The notes beneath the pieces are model-generated. The model did not search any database. It was not told the DNA's origin and was given only the letters and a program-made list of their open reading frames with translations. Made by a program: the position numbers and the translations under genes. DNA of 34,698 nucleotides from Chrysochromulina tobinii (lineage: Eukaryota). The stretch lies in contig JWZX01003295.1 of assembly GCA_001275005.1 (NCBI GenBank), positions 1 to 34,698 on the forward strand, written 5' to 3'. Each line of letters starts with the position of its first letter. The stretch's first letter is position 1. This document shows, piece after piece, positions 9,796 to 20,275 of the stretch.

Positions 9796-11323
9796 TCATT
9801 GCATGCGGAGCGCACGGTCGTCGTGCCCGTGGTCGGCGCCCTCAAACTCGAAGAAAAAGAAGGCCGAGCTGATGATGATGTACGTGGAGATGAGCATGGC
9901 GCCCTCGAGCCAGTTCGTCGAGCCGTCGTTGATGACGCTTGCGACGATCACCGTCGAGAGGAAGGTAATCTGTTCGAGCAGGACGAGGTCCATCAGTGGG
10001 AATCAAAGGTCATCCGAGGTCACGCAGTCAATGGGAAACAAAGGTCATCCGAGGTCACGCAGTCAATGGGAATCAAAGGTCATCCGAGGTCACGCAGTCA
10101 ATGGGAATCAAAGGTCATCCGAGGTCACGCAGTCAATGGGAATCAAAGGTCATCCGAGGTCACGCAGTCAATGGGAATCAAAGGTCATCCGAGGTCACGC
10201 AGTCATTGGGAATCAAAGGTCATCCGAGGTCACGCAGTCATTGGGAATCCAAGGTGCTCAAGGACATGCGCAGCGCCGATCCAAGGTACTTCCCACAGGT
10301 ACTCACCGCACTCTCAAAGAGGCCGAAGTCGAGGTCGAGGGGCTGGCCGATGAGCCAGCCGAGCAGCACCATCACCGGGACCACGAAGAGCGCAATTTGG
10401 GTCGACGAGCCCTGCGCCACCGCCAGCGCAAGGTCCATCTTCAGCCGGAACGCCATCACGACCGCCGTCGAGTGCTCGGCCGCGTTGCCGATGATCGGGA
10501 TGATGACGAAACCCACGAATGCGGGCGTGAGGCCCATGCCCTCGGCGGCGCCCTCGACAGCACCCGAGAGGAGCTCGGACAGGTACGCGAGCACAAGCGT
10601 CGCCCCGAGCAGCCACAATATCGACCCCCAGAAGCCCAGGTACGACTCCTCTTCTTCGCCCTCCTCGGCCTCCTTTTTGTGTTCCTCCTCGCCAGGCTTG
10701 AGAGCCGGGCACGGGCAGAGCGTGTTCATGAGGAAGAGCGCGTACAGGAAGAGGAAGATGACGGAGATGAAGCGCGATATCGAGAGCGACTCGTTGCCGT
10801 GGGACTCGAACTGACCGGTGGCCGTCATCAGGGTAGGGAGAATGACGCCGATCACGGACACCTGGAGCATGGTGGTATTCGCTGTCGCCGTCGTCGATCC
10901 ATAAGCCACGTTCCGCTTGACGGAGCCGGAGGCCAGGCACGCGAACCCGAGCACGAGGAGGGCGTTCGAGAGGATGGATCCGAGGAGCGAGAGCTTCACC
11001 ACCTCGAGTTGGCCAGCTTTGAGGAGGAAGAAACAGATGATCATCTCGGTCGCGTTGCCGAATGTCGCATTGAGGAGCCCGCCGATCGTCTGGCTGGTGT
11101 GGAGCGCTGTCTGCTCCGTGGCGTCGCCGAGCAGAGCGGCGAGCGGCAGGATTGCAAAGCAGCAGAGGCTGAAGATGATGGCTTCGGACTCAAAGAACTC
11201 CTCGCTCACCAGTGCAATCGGAACAAACAACAGCAGAATGTACAAGCGATTGCCGGTCAGCATCGTATAGCTGCCCTTGAAGAAGCTGCCCACACCATCG
11301 GCGGCGGGCGGGGGGTGCATCAT
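9796..11323 (-). CDS. CAX: Ca2+/H+ exchanger (CAX/VCX1 family); exons 11323-10307 and 9969-9796
   Basis: Alpha-1 GGLLNATFGNATE and alpha-2 IIPIIGNAAEH..AV..A...KMDLAL..AQGSSTQIALFVVP, with an acidic central loop. Intron gtgagt...cag (10306-9970) joins GLFESA to ITFLSTVIV...DGSTNWLEGAMLISTY. Confidence 0.93.
9998..10255. repeat. 35-bp intronic minisatellite (gggaatcaaaggtcatccgaggtcacgcagtcaat) x7 plus a partial copy
   Basis: Units start at 9998, 10033, 10068, 10103, 10138, 10173, 10208 and 10243, nearly identical, all within the CAX intron. Confidence 0.95.
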
Positions 11324-11577
11324 GTTGGGCGGTGAGGTCGAGTCTTCTCGAAACTCACAGCCTCTCGCGTTACATCGCGAGGCGAAACGAAGAGGTTTTT
11401 TAGGCAAGTTCGAACTTTGATTGACGAAACTAATTGCAAAAAAATAATCCGAGGCCAGTAACAAGGCCTCGCACCTTGCCCCCCCTCCCTCCCCCTCACA
11501 TGCGCACGCAAGCACGTGGCCCGTCCGTCACGCAAAACTCACGGAAACAATCCCCCGCGTCGCGTTGGGCACGAAAA

Positions 11578-12354
11578 ATGTGCGTCGTCACCTCCTGGCC
11601 AGCGACCAAGGTAGCGAAGCTCACGCTCGTCATTGAGCTGCTCGGCCTCCTCTTGAGCGTTCGCCAGCTGCAAGACAACGAGCCGCTCATGCAAGCCATC
11701 TCGATGCCGATGGTGGCGTACGGTGTCGGCGCAGCCGGATGCACGGTCCTCGCCTTCGTCGCCACTGTGCCCAAGGATCCGCTGCGCCTCCGCTGTCTCC
11801 TTTTTCTGGCAATGGCGACGTTCCTACACGCGAGAACCTCCTTCGGCGCAATACCAAAGTACCAAACCGCCCTCGAAAAGCAGGCGGTAGCCGTCTGCAC
11901 GAAGTGGGGCTCGCCTGAGGAGCCGCTGGCTGCGGCCGCATCCGAGCTGCACGCCATGTTCATGAACCCGATCGCCGAGCGCAACCTGAGGGCGGACACG
12001 GTCGTGTCGAACGTCAAGCTGTACGTGGACGGTAGTTTGGAGCAAATGGCCATGATTCGCAACGTAAAGAAGCTTGAGCCGGCAACCAGCGAGATGCTGT
12101 CGGCCATGCGGCAGATGTCGTGCCAGGCGGCGCTTGTGAACTTGGTGCAGGGCGACATGAAGGTACCGGTCAAAGGGATTGGCATCCTCAGCTTCATGGG
12201 CGGGCTGCTGTGCGTCTACATAGTGATGCGGCTATGGTGCGAGGATTTCGAGAGCGGCGCGCGCTTCCGGCGACGGCTCTTTCCCGAGGAGCACGCTGAG
12301 GAAATCGCCGCTGAGCGGGCGGCGGCGGCGGCGACGGCGAAACGGAAGGAATAG
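11578..12354 (+). CDS. Hypothetical multi-pass membrane protein (about 4 TM)
   Basis: Clean ORF from MCVVTSW with hydrophobic segments LTLVIELLGLLL, VAYGVGAAGCTVLAFVA, CLLFLAMATFL and GIGILSFMGGLLCVYIVM. Divergent from CAX. Confidence 0.65.
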   Translation: MCVVTSWPATKVAKLTLVIELLGLLLSVRQLQDNEPLMQAISMPMVAYGVGAAGCTVLAFVATVPKDPLRLRCLLFLAMATFLHARTSFGAIPKYQTALEKQAVAVCTKWGSPEEPLAAAASELHAMFMNPIAERNLRADTVVSNVKLYVDGSLEQMAMIRNVKKLEPATSEMLSAMRQMSCQAALVNLVQGDMKVPVKGIGILSFMGGLLCVYIVMRLWCEDFESGARFRRRLFPEEHAEEIAAERAAAAATAKRKE

Positions 12355-12522
12355 AGACTGCTGGGTAACCTTTGGGACCTCGAGACCTTGAGGACACCCA
12401 CACCGTATCGACCTTATTTACGTGTGACAACTCGCACACCGGACGGACGGAGGCGAGTACTCCAGGCGACTTGTGTGACCGCTGGGCCGGGGGCAGCGGA
12501 GCCGTCGCTTCCGGAGACGGTG

Positions 12523-12546
12523 GTAAGTAAGTAAGTAAGTAAGTAA
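12523..12546. repeat. (GTAA)n microsatellite
   Basis: gtaagtaagtaagtaagtaagtaa. Confidence 0.9.
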
Positions 12547-12755
12547 ACATCGCCAACCGGCAGCGGTGGTGTGGTGTGCGCGAGGGGGGGGCGACATACG
12601 TACCTTTACCGGCCTGCATTGCCGGCCTGATCATTCATCATTGGAATAGAGAACGGGACGGCGCCTTAATCCCCTTAACTGCAGGTGCAGCCCCTCCTTT
12701 CTCATCGTGAATGGGAGCTCCCACGCTGCGCGCCGGGATGGCCCAATGTGGGGAA

Positions 12756-12898
12756 GCTCGCTTTCTTCTAGTTCCTGTCAACTTCCGAACCACCCAAGAC
12801 AGCGGGGCGAGAACCCGGGACGCGGCTCTGCCACCATCGAGGCGCGCTACCCCGTCGCAGCGCATGCTCGCTTTCTTCTAGTTCCTGTCAACTTCCGA
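12756..12898. repeat. Perfect 33-bp direct repeat pair (gctcgctttcttctagttcctgtcaacttccga) upstream of the methyltransferase
   Basis: Copies at 12756-12788 and 12866-12898 with a 77-bp spacer. Confidence 0.85.
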
Positions 12899-12958
12899 TC
12901 AGAGAACGCCGTCTGTCTGCACATCTTCGGCCGTCCGCGAGTGCGGAGCCACCTTTTC

Positions 12959-14600
12959 ATGGGCCGAGCAGCCAACGTGGATGGCCCGCAGTGCGATGAT
13001 GACACCGTCTGGCCCGATCTCCTTCGCGTCGTTCTCTGCGGCAGCAGCATCCCGGCGGCCGTGCGGCCCGGCTTCTCGAGATCGTGGGGCATCTTGGCGG
13101 TGGACGACATGTACGCGAGTGTGACGCCGGATTCCATCGAGGTCCGTGTGCTATTGCCCGATGGATCCCGCGAGCTCGTGGACGGCACCGTCATGGCCGA
13201 GATCGAGAGCGGAGACCGCCTGTCCATTCGAGTGAGTATGCAGGCGCCGTCGTGGCTCACCTTTGAGGTGGAGTTGCTGGCGAAGCGGCGCGGTCGAGTG
13301 GTGCTGCCGCTCACCGTCGGACCCATCGAGGTGGTGCACACGCTACCTCGCCCCCTGCTCGGTGCGCAATGGTCGCGCCACATTGCGCTCTTGCTCGGCT
13401 GCGGCGCAGCGGCGTCCGGTGAGGATGACGTGGCCGACGGTGCGCACAACCGGATACACCCCAGCATGCAAGATTTCACCACGGCGTCACGTCCCCACAG
13501 GTACGCCCAAGCTCCGAGTGCACGAGGCTCAGGCAAGCACTTCGACGATCGCGTCGGCGACGTGGGACCCCGGCGTGCTCCTCGCAGCGTACCTGTCGCA
13601 CACATGGCACGCTGGCACCCTACTGCGCTCGCTCGGGGATGCCGAGGAAGTCGGAGTCGCGTCCGGTGGGGGCGGCCTCGTCGCCGCGACGGGCGGCCTG
13701 ACGGCGTCCGCCGACGGGTCGATTGCCAACGGGCTCCTCCACGATGGCGCCCACGATGGCGCGCCGTTGCGCTGCGTCGAGCTCGGCTGTGGCGTGGGTA
13801 TCGCTGGCCTCGCTCTCGCCGCCGCCGCCGCCGGTCGGGTGCGTCTCGCGTTGACGGATGGCGACGCGAGCGCGTGCGCCCTCGCCAAGCGGAACGCGAC
13901 GGCCAACGGCCTGGGAGGCTGTGCGACGACCCACGAGCTCCGGTGGGGTGGGAGTGTAACGGAGGTGTGCGAGGCGATGGGCGGCCGGCCGCACGTCATC
14001 CTGATGGCCGATGTCATCTATCGGCATGAGACCTTCCGTCCGCTCGTTCAAACGCTCGCCAGCCTCTGTGATGCGCCAAGCAGCCCCAACTCGGGCACGA
14101 ACACGCGCCGTACCGAGCGCGGCGCGCCACTCGTGCTGCTCGCGTATCGCCCACGCGTCGACGACGGCCACTTTTGGCACCTATTGCGCGAGGAATTCGC
14201 AGTGGAGGCCCTCCAGGCGCCAGAAGCTCTGCGCAGCCCCGACGCCGCCTCTGCCTCTGCCTCGGCCACGGCGACTGCGACTGCTCCTGCCAGACACTCT
14301 ATCACTGCCGGCAACGGCGGCGCCAAGGGTGGCGGCAATGGCGCTGTCTCTGCCCGCGGGAGCGGTGGCAGAGGCGGCGGCAGCGACGACGCGGAGGCTG
14401 GCCTCTCGCCTACCGTACAGACGCGCATCTTTCGCCTGCGCCGCCGCGCCGTGCGCGTTCCCACTAGCTGTCGTGACTGCTGCCTGCGCGCCGCCGTGCA
14501 CGCGCGCATGGGTATTCCACCGCTCGACACATGCGCCATGGGCCAGCAGCCCCTGCACCATGCGCTTCGGTCGGTCGTCGTGCCTGCCTCTGCCCGGTGA
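12959..14600 (+). CDS. METTL21-like (Methyltransf_16) class I SAM-dependent protein methyltransferase; exons 12959-13439 and 13501-14600
   Basis: A 61-nt intron gtgcgc...ccccacag joins the two ORFs in frame. Motifs TWDPGVLLAAYL, VELGCGVGIAGL, LTD, LRWG, ILMADVIY, LLAYRPR. The 3' end could splice further at gtgagc (14597). Confidence 0.8.
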
Positions 14601-15314
14601 GCGAGCACGCAGCTGACCGCAGCGCGCCTCCCATGAGGCTCACATGTGCGACGACCCAAAGGAAGGCGGAGCAGCGCGCGGTGTCTCGCGTGTCGGTTAC
14701 GTTGGTGCGCATGCCCGATTTGTACGGCGCGCGGTTCGGTTCCGCTCCGAGAGTCGTCGTTTTTGCCGCGGCGTTCGATTGCGCGCGCTTTTTGCGCGCT
14801 TCCGGAGGGTGGTCGTCGCAGTTCCGCCTTCGGCTTGGAAATGGGGCGTAGCCGTCGGCGTGCGGTGGGCCGTCGCCATGGCGATGGCCGTCGCGTTCGC
14901 GGTTCGGTTGGGCCGGCATCGGCGGCCCACGACGCGGGCATCGCGCGCGCCCTCACATCCGCGCATCGTTCGGCCACGTCATGGGCCATGGGGGGACATG
15001 ACACGTCGGCGCGGCGGCGTTTCACCGCGCGAGACAGTTCAACTACGCGACACTCGTCACTCCGCGCTCGAACACGGGCAGCACCGCCACTGTCACTCAC
15101 AGTCCCACACGCTCTACAGGCACAGCACCGCGGCACTGAAAGCCTGGAACCCTCGGAAGCAGCACTAGGTAAAGGGAGCAGCAGACAAACAGCAGACACA
15201 CCAGGGTGGTTTCTCACGTTCGGTTCTGGCAGAGCGTCTCTCGGTACGCTCGCGGTACGAGTGGCACTCCCCTCTTACTCCCCTCAGGTATTTCGCTCCC
15301 CCATAGAGTCCGTA

Positions 15315-17171
15315 TCAGATGTGGAACCACGCATGCTCCAGCGCGGCCTGTGCAGTCGGGCGCGCCTTCGGGTCAAAGGCGAGCAGCCTGCCAAGGAGCT
15401 CCTTGCACTCGGGGCTGAGGGCACGCCACTTGCCCAGCGCCACTTTATGCGATTCCTTCTTGAAGCTTTCGTCACTCAGCGGCCGCGCGGGCTGCGAGGG
15501 CTCGGCGAGGGCTGCGAGGGGTATCGGCGGGTACGGGAACTGCTGCATGAGCAACACATACAGGACGACTCCCAAGCGGAAGATGTCCATCTCCTTGGTC
15601 GCATGCGGCAACACCGGCAGCAAGCTCTTTTGCGCCTGGTTGAGCAACTCGGGTGCGCAGTAGGCGAAGCCGCACGTGCCCGGGTTGGCCACCTTGGGCT
15701 TCTTACCCGGGAAGCTCGCCAGCCCAAAGTCGATGATCTTGGCCTGCAGCTGCGCGGTAGTGCCGCCCGTCCCGACCACGAAGAGGTTCTCGAGCTTCAC
15801 GTCGTTGTGCAGCACGCCACACTGGCCATGAAGGTGCGCAAAGGCGCTGAAGATTTGGTGGAAGAGGTGCTTCGCAGTGGCCTCGTCCACGCCCTGCTCG
15901 TAAAACGCCATCAAATCCTCACCATCGAGGAACTCGCACAGCACGAACGCCTCGGCATCGGTTTCAATCACCTTGTCGAAGCGCATGATGTTTGGGTGCG
16001 GAGTGAGATCGCGCGCCGCGCACAGTTCAGAGATGAGGTCCTCGTGGTCGAATTTCTTGTAGCACTTCATGACCCGATGCTCACCCGTCGCGATGTTGGT
16101 CACTTTCCACAGGGCGTGCGACGATTGATCACCGCCCGAATTGGCGATTTGGTCTTGCATGTCAAGCCACACGTCGCCGTCGGCCGAGGTGATGAGCCGT
16201 TTGGTCGTCACGGATCCCTCGGTAGCCCCTTCGAGCCGCTGTTTTTGTTTCAAACGCCCACCTGCGTCGAACACGACCTTCGAGATGAGTGCTGCGCCCT
16301 TGCGGCGCGACTCGAGCCCCCATTGGGCCTCTCGGAGCTTCTCCTCGAGCAGGCGGTTCTTCTCGTGAGCGGCACGCCTCTCTGCCTCAACTTGTTGCTC
16401 CTTGCGCTCGTTGGCCTCGAGCTCCGCCTTCGCCTTTGCCAGCTCGGCGTTCGATGCTCTGTCGGCGCTTCCCCCGGGGCTCCTAGCGGTGGAGGCGGCG
16501 GCGGCGGCGGCGAGGCGCAAGCACCGTTCCTTGAGCTGCTTGCCTTCGGTGCTCAGCGCGGCGAGCTCTGCCTTCCGGTCGTCCTCCTCCTTTTGCGAGC
16601 GCCTCAGGTCGGTGCTGAGCGACTCGATGCTGCCCGTGAGCACGAACACGTCGCGGACCGCCGCCGCCACCAGCGCCGCGAGCACCAGCGCCATCCCCAA
16701 AAAGACCAACCGCTGCGTCTCTCCCGCGTCGCCCCCGAGCTCCTTGATGTCGTCCGTCGCCCCGGGGAGCTCATCGATGCCGTCGAAGAGGCGTAGCAGC
16801 TCGTCGTCATCAAAGCCCCCATCGCCGTCCTCGTCGAATCGTCCGAGCAGCTTGCCCCACCGCTTCACCGCCGCCGAATCGTCCGACTGGTTCAGGCTCG
16901 CCAAGAACCAGCGCGACACTTCTTCCTTGCTGAGATTGCGGTTGCCATCGGCGTCCATCCGCGCACGGTACTTGGCGAGCACCACAGCTTGGCTGTGCTG
17001 GATGTACACGCCGTGCCCGATCACGAACAACGAGACGCTCAAAAGCGCGACGAGGAGGAGCTTGAGTTGAGACGGGTTATCAAATTTGCCGCTCTTGGGC
17101 ACACTGAAGAAGTCCCGTGCACTCGGCGGCCGCTTCGGCGTGAGTGGTCCATCATCCGGCTGCGGGTCCAT
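15315..17171 (-). CDS. Two-TM protein with EF-hand pair, coiled coil and C-terminal CAMK-like Ser/Thr kinase
   Basis: TM LLLVALLSVSLFVIGHGVYI; EF loops DADGNRNLSKEE and DEDGDGGFDDDE; TM LVFLGMALVLAALVAAAV; E/K/R coiled coil; kinase motifs VMK, HPNI, HNDVKLEN, DFG, GT..AYCAPE, DIFRLG, RPTA..ALEHAWF. Confidence 0.85.
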   Translation of the reverse strand: MDPQPDDGPLTPKRPPSARDFFSVPKSGKFDNPSQLKLLLVALLSVSLFVIGHGVYIQHSQAVVLAKYRARMDADGNRNLSKEEVSRWFLASLNQSDDSAAVKRWGKLLGRFDEDGDGGFDDDELLRLFDGIDELPGATDDIKELGGDAGETQRLVFLGMALVLAALVAAAVRDVFVLTGSIESLSTDLRRSQKEEDDRKAELAALSTEGKQLKERCLRLAAAAAASTARSPGGSADRASNAELAKAKAELEANERKEQQVEAERRAAHEKNRLLEEKLREAQWGLESRRKGAALISKVVFDAGGRLKQKQRLEGATEGSVTTKRLITSADGDVWLDMQDQIANSGGDQSSHALWKVTNIATGEHRVMKCYKKFDHEDLISELCAARDLTPHPNIMRFDKVIETDAEAFVLCEFLDGEDLMAFYEQGVDEATAKHLFHQIFSAFAHLHGQCGVLHNDVKLENLFVVGTGGTTAQLQAKIIDFGLASFPGKKPKVANPGTCGFAYCAPELLNQAQKSLLPVLPHATKEMDIFRLGVVLYVLLMQQFPYPPIPLAALAEPSQPARPLSDESFKKESHKVALGKWRALSPECKELLGRLLAFDPKARPTAQAALEHAWFHI

Positions 17172-17654
17172 GATCCTGCAGCAGCCAGGGGGGTGAGGGG
17201 CCACACTCAGCAGTCACCTCCGAGTCGCACTTGTCAGCGGGCGAACGTGGCGCGACGACAAGGCGTGGGCGGGGACGGCCAGTTTCAGCTTGAAAACTAA
17301 TCTCGAGGTTGGTATTCTCAGCCCCGCGTGCGCGCGCAGCGCGGAAGCCGCAGCGGCGGGTCGACAGTATCTGATCTGCTTTTCATCATGTGCGGCCGTC
17401 CCCCGGGCCACGCTGGCGCACGCTCAATCAGCAGCACTGGGCACACAACACACCGCCGCGATCGCGAATCCACCTTTCGTTCGCGGCCCAGAAGTATACG
17501 GGTAGAATCAGGCGAATCTCATGCATAAGAAATCACACATTCATTCACACATACACCGTTTCACACGGCGGGGACCCCCGGCGCGGTTTAGAAGGGCGAC
17601 ACATGTCCACGGTGAACTTGAAGCTCATGGCGTGTGCGGCGAGAAGGATGGTTG

Positions 17655-17791
17655 CACCGGGGGAGCCGGGACACACATACGGCCAGATACGGGCCGACTC
17701 ACCGGACGCGTGTGAAAGACCACGACACGACACCGGTGCCAAGCTGCCAACCCAGCGGCATCCGGTATGCGCTGCGTGTGTCCCGGCTCCC
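17655..17791. repeat. Inverted pair of the dispersed motif between divergent genes
   Basis: caccgggggagccgggacacaca (17655-17677) and gtgtgtcccggctccc (17776-17791). Confidence 0.75.
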
Positions 17792-18001
17792 GCCTCTCCC
17801 CGTGGATTCGCGAACGAAATTACGACGCCCAAATTCGTGCGTCTTCATGCGGGCGACGATATGGGCCGAACAACAAAACGGGTTTTGGTTTCAAGCGTGC
17901 GTGACGAAAAGATTCCGCGGCGCTCGACGAATCCCCCAGGTTGGAGCTCCCAGCCCCTTGGTCGGAGGTAATTTTTGTCACACGTCTGTGCTGGATCCGC
18001 C

Positions 18002-18421
18002 ATGGCTGCGGTCTTCATGCTCTTGAGCTCTTCGTACATCACCATGCCAGTTATGGGTCCTCGTCCTGGTCGCGGTGTCGGTGTGTTCTCAAATATCGTC
18101 ATGATCTATGGCGAAGACATTGATTATGACGGCTGTTCCTCGTGGGAGGACCAGCTGGTGGCGCAGGAATCTGCGTGGATGATGGATCCACGAACTGAGC
18201 ATCAGATGGCCCACAATGTGGAATGGGCGGTGCCGCAATACATCGCAGATGGCGCTCCTTGGATCGAACAGCCGCACATGGACAACGCATGGCCGGAGCC
18301 ATGGATGGCTGAGCAGCCTATGGGTTTGTGGCCACCGCAGCCGGCCGAGATCTTGACGGATAGCTACTATCCCGGCCAATACCCGCTGAACCGCCCGGGA
18401 CCCAACGGTCTTGCCTACTGA
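18002..18421 (+). CDS. Small hypothetical protein with signal-peptide-like N-terminus, rich in W/P/M/Q
   Basis: MAAVFMLLSSSY.. hydrophobic start followed by a basic Pro/Gly stretch and an acidic W/P-rich tail. No family recognised. Confidence 0.5.
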   Translation: MAAVFMLLSSSYITMPVMGPRPGRGVGVFSNIVMIYGEDIDYDGCSSWEDQLVAQESAWMMDPRTEHQMAHNVEWAVPQYIADGAPWIEQPHMDNAWPEPWMAEQPMGLWPPQPAEILTDSYYPGQYPLNRPGPNGLAY

Positions 18422-18782
18422 GAGCACCATGTGTACGAGCTGCCATCATTGTGGATACATCGCACGACGCCTAAGGGCGTCGAGATGTGATCTCCTTTTG
18501 ATCGCGCGCCGATGTAACAACAAACATGCGTTGGGTCCCCGTCCATTAAGGAGCGGGGCGTAGGTGCAGTAGAGTGTCAGGACTGGTTAGTGGCTAACGG
18601 CTGGTAAGTCTTGTCTTGGTTTCTTCAGATGATCGTGGATCAGCGCTCCCCCGCGCCCTCGACGGTCGCGCCCGCGAGGCACCCGCGAGGCGGTGGCTGG
18701 GCCGGCCCCATGGCCCTGCCCCCGGCCCGCCGCGCTCGCCGTTGCCCACACCGCGCATTGGTCTACCATCCACGTCCACCAT

Positions 18783-18890
18783 CCGCTTCGATTCAGCCGC
18801 GCATCTGCGGCCATCTCAGGCGCACGGCTGAATCGAAGCGGCCATCTCAGGCCATCTCAGGCGCATCTGCGGCCATCTCAGGCGCACGGC
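18783..18890. repeat. 17-bp perfect inverted repeat (18783-18799 / 18825-18841) plus gccatctcag direct repeats
   Basis: ccgcttcgattcagccg ... cggctgaatcgaagcgg. The loop unit gcatctgcggccatctcaggcgca recurs at about 18863-18885. Confidence 0.8.
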
Positions 18891-19244
18891 GGCGCACGCT
18901 CGGAGTGCCCCGCTCGCCCAGCTGAGCAGGTTGAGTGGCAGCCCCGTCGCGGGAAGCGGCCTAATCAGCTGCTCGCCAAAATAGCTCACAAACCGCTGCC
19001 CGAACTCAGCCACGGGCACCACGGCGTGATTACGCTCGCCGGCGACCAGGTCGCGCGAGATCGTCTTGCGAAAGTCCTCGAAGAGCTCCGGCAACATCCA
19101 CTCGCGGAGGTAGTCGATGAGGGCCATCCGTAGGACGACGGGTACGCACTGCTGATGCGGCGGCGATAGCGCCTGCTGCTGCGGCGGCGGCGCCACGTCA
19201 GTGAGTTGGTACATCGCGGGGATGAGAGATGCCGAGGTTCTACT

Positions 19245-19276
<32 letters not shown>

Positions 19277-20009
19277 CCTCGACGTCACGTGCAACCTCGT
19301 CGCAGTCCCGTGCCGGCCCCGCCACCCAGACCGAAATGAGGTACGAGAAGTCGACAAGTCCGTGGCCGGTGAGGAAGCGCACGTCGGCCTCAAGTGAGCG
19401 GCGGAGCTCGGCGGCGCGGCGTGCGGGCACGCTCAGCCCGCGCGCTCCGAAGGTCTCTGCAAACCGCCGTTCGTGAGGGTACAATCGAATGCCCTTCATG
19501 TCGAACGGTCGCCACATCGGCACGCCGCTGCTGCTGCCCGGAGGACACCGCGCGGCGTTCTCGAGCATCAGCGCCTCGAACGGTGCATCCCCTTTGGGCG
19601 GCACGTAGCGCAGCCACCCGAGCAGCGGCGTGAGCAAGCTGCCCGCGCCGTTGGCGTAGTGCTCGACGAGCTTCGGATAAAAGGACCGCAGAAGCGCGGC
19701 CTCCTGCTTGTTACCCTGCTTGAAGAGAACACTGTACGACGCGCTAACAGATAGGTTGACGCCACCACCGCCAGGCACGAGGAAGGCGCTTCCAGATTTG
19801 CCGTTCTCGACAAGCTTGCCGCGAAGCGGAGGCGGAGGTGACTCGTCGCAGCCGAATTCCCTCCAAAGGGTATGGCGCCGAGCGAGCAGCTGTGGACCGG
19901 AGATGCTTGGCATGACGAATTCTGCTCCGATAGGCTTGCTTGCCGACGGTGCTCCGAGCGCGACGCACACGGTCCGTGCAAGCTCGAGGCGGCAGGACTC
20001 CGAGCACAT
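18816..20009 (-). CDS. Phosphatidylinositol phosphate kinase (PIP5K core, Fab1/PIKfyve-like variants); 5' and 3' ends uncertain
   Basis: GKSGSAF, LFKQ, SLLTPLLG, MLEN, FDMKG, LEADVRFL..HGLVDFSYL, ALIDYLREW, VVP..EFGQRF. The last ~25 codons fall in a repeat-filled probable intron (about 18760-18890) with a further exon near 18594-18762. Confidence 0.8.
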
Positions 20010-20275
20010 GTCTCCGAGTCCGTCGGTCCAAGCGTGCTCGTGGTATTGCCGCTCTCAATGGTTCTGTCTTTCGGCGACGCAGGGGGCGAAAGTCCAAAAA
20101 GCGAGCACCGCGTAAAGACCCCAAAGAGGGGAGGACGCGCGCGCTGTTGATCGTGACCGAACGTAATCTGAACTCAACAAAAGTTTACATGTCCTGCTCA
20201 AGAAAAGTTTCGTCAGTTGCGGCATTTTGTGTGGATCCGCTCTTTCGCGAACGCGATGTGCGGCCATTTCACAAA

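Noticed and set aside
9998..10255. 35-bp repeats as a CRISPR array
   Set aside because: The units are head-to-tail with no unique spacers, lie inside a spliceosomal intron, and there are no cas genes.
9605..11335. Long antisense or alternative-frame ORFs (for example 9605..11335, 14646..16796, 4420..5595, 24917..26056)
   Set aside because: Shadow ORFs of GC-rich coding sequence with no recognisable motifs.
12756..12898. 33-bp direct repeats as a mini-CRISPR
   Set aside because: Only two copies, a 77-bp spacer, and a eukaryotic context.
14600..15314. Possible extra gene or exons between the methyltransferase and the kinase
   Set aside because: Splice-like sites exist (14597, 15169-15287), but no frame gives a convincing protein.
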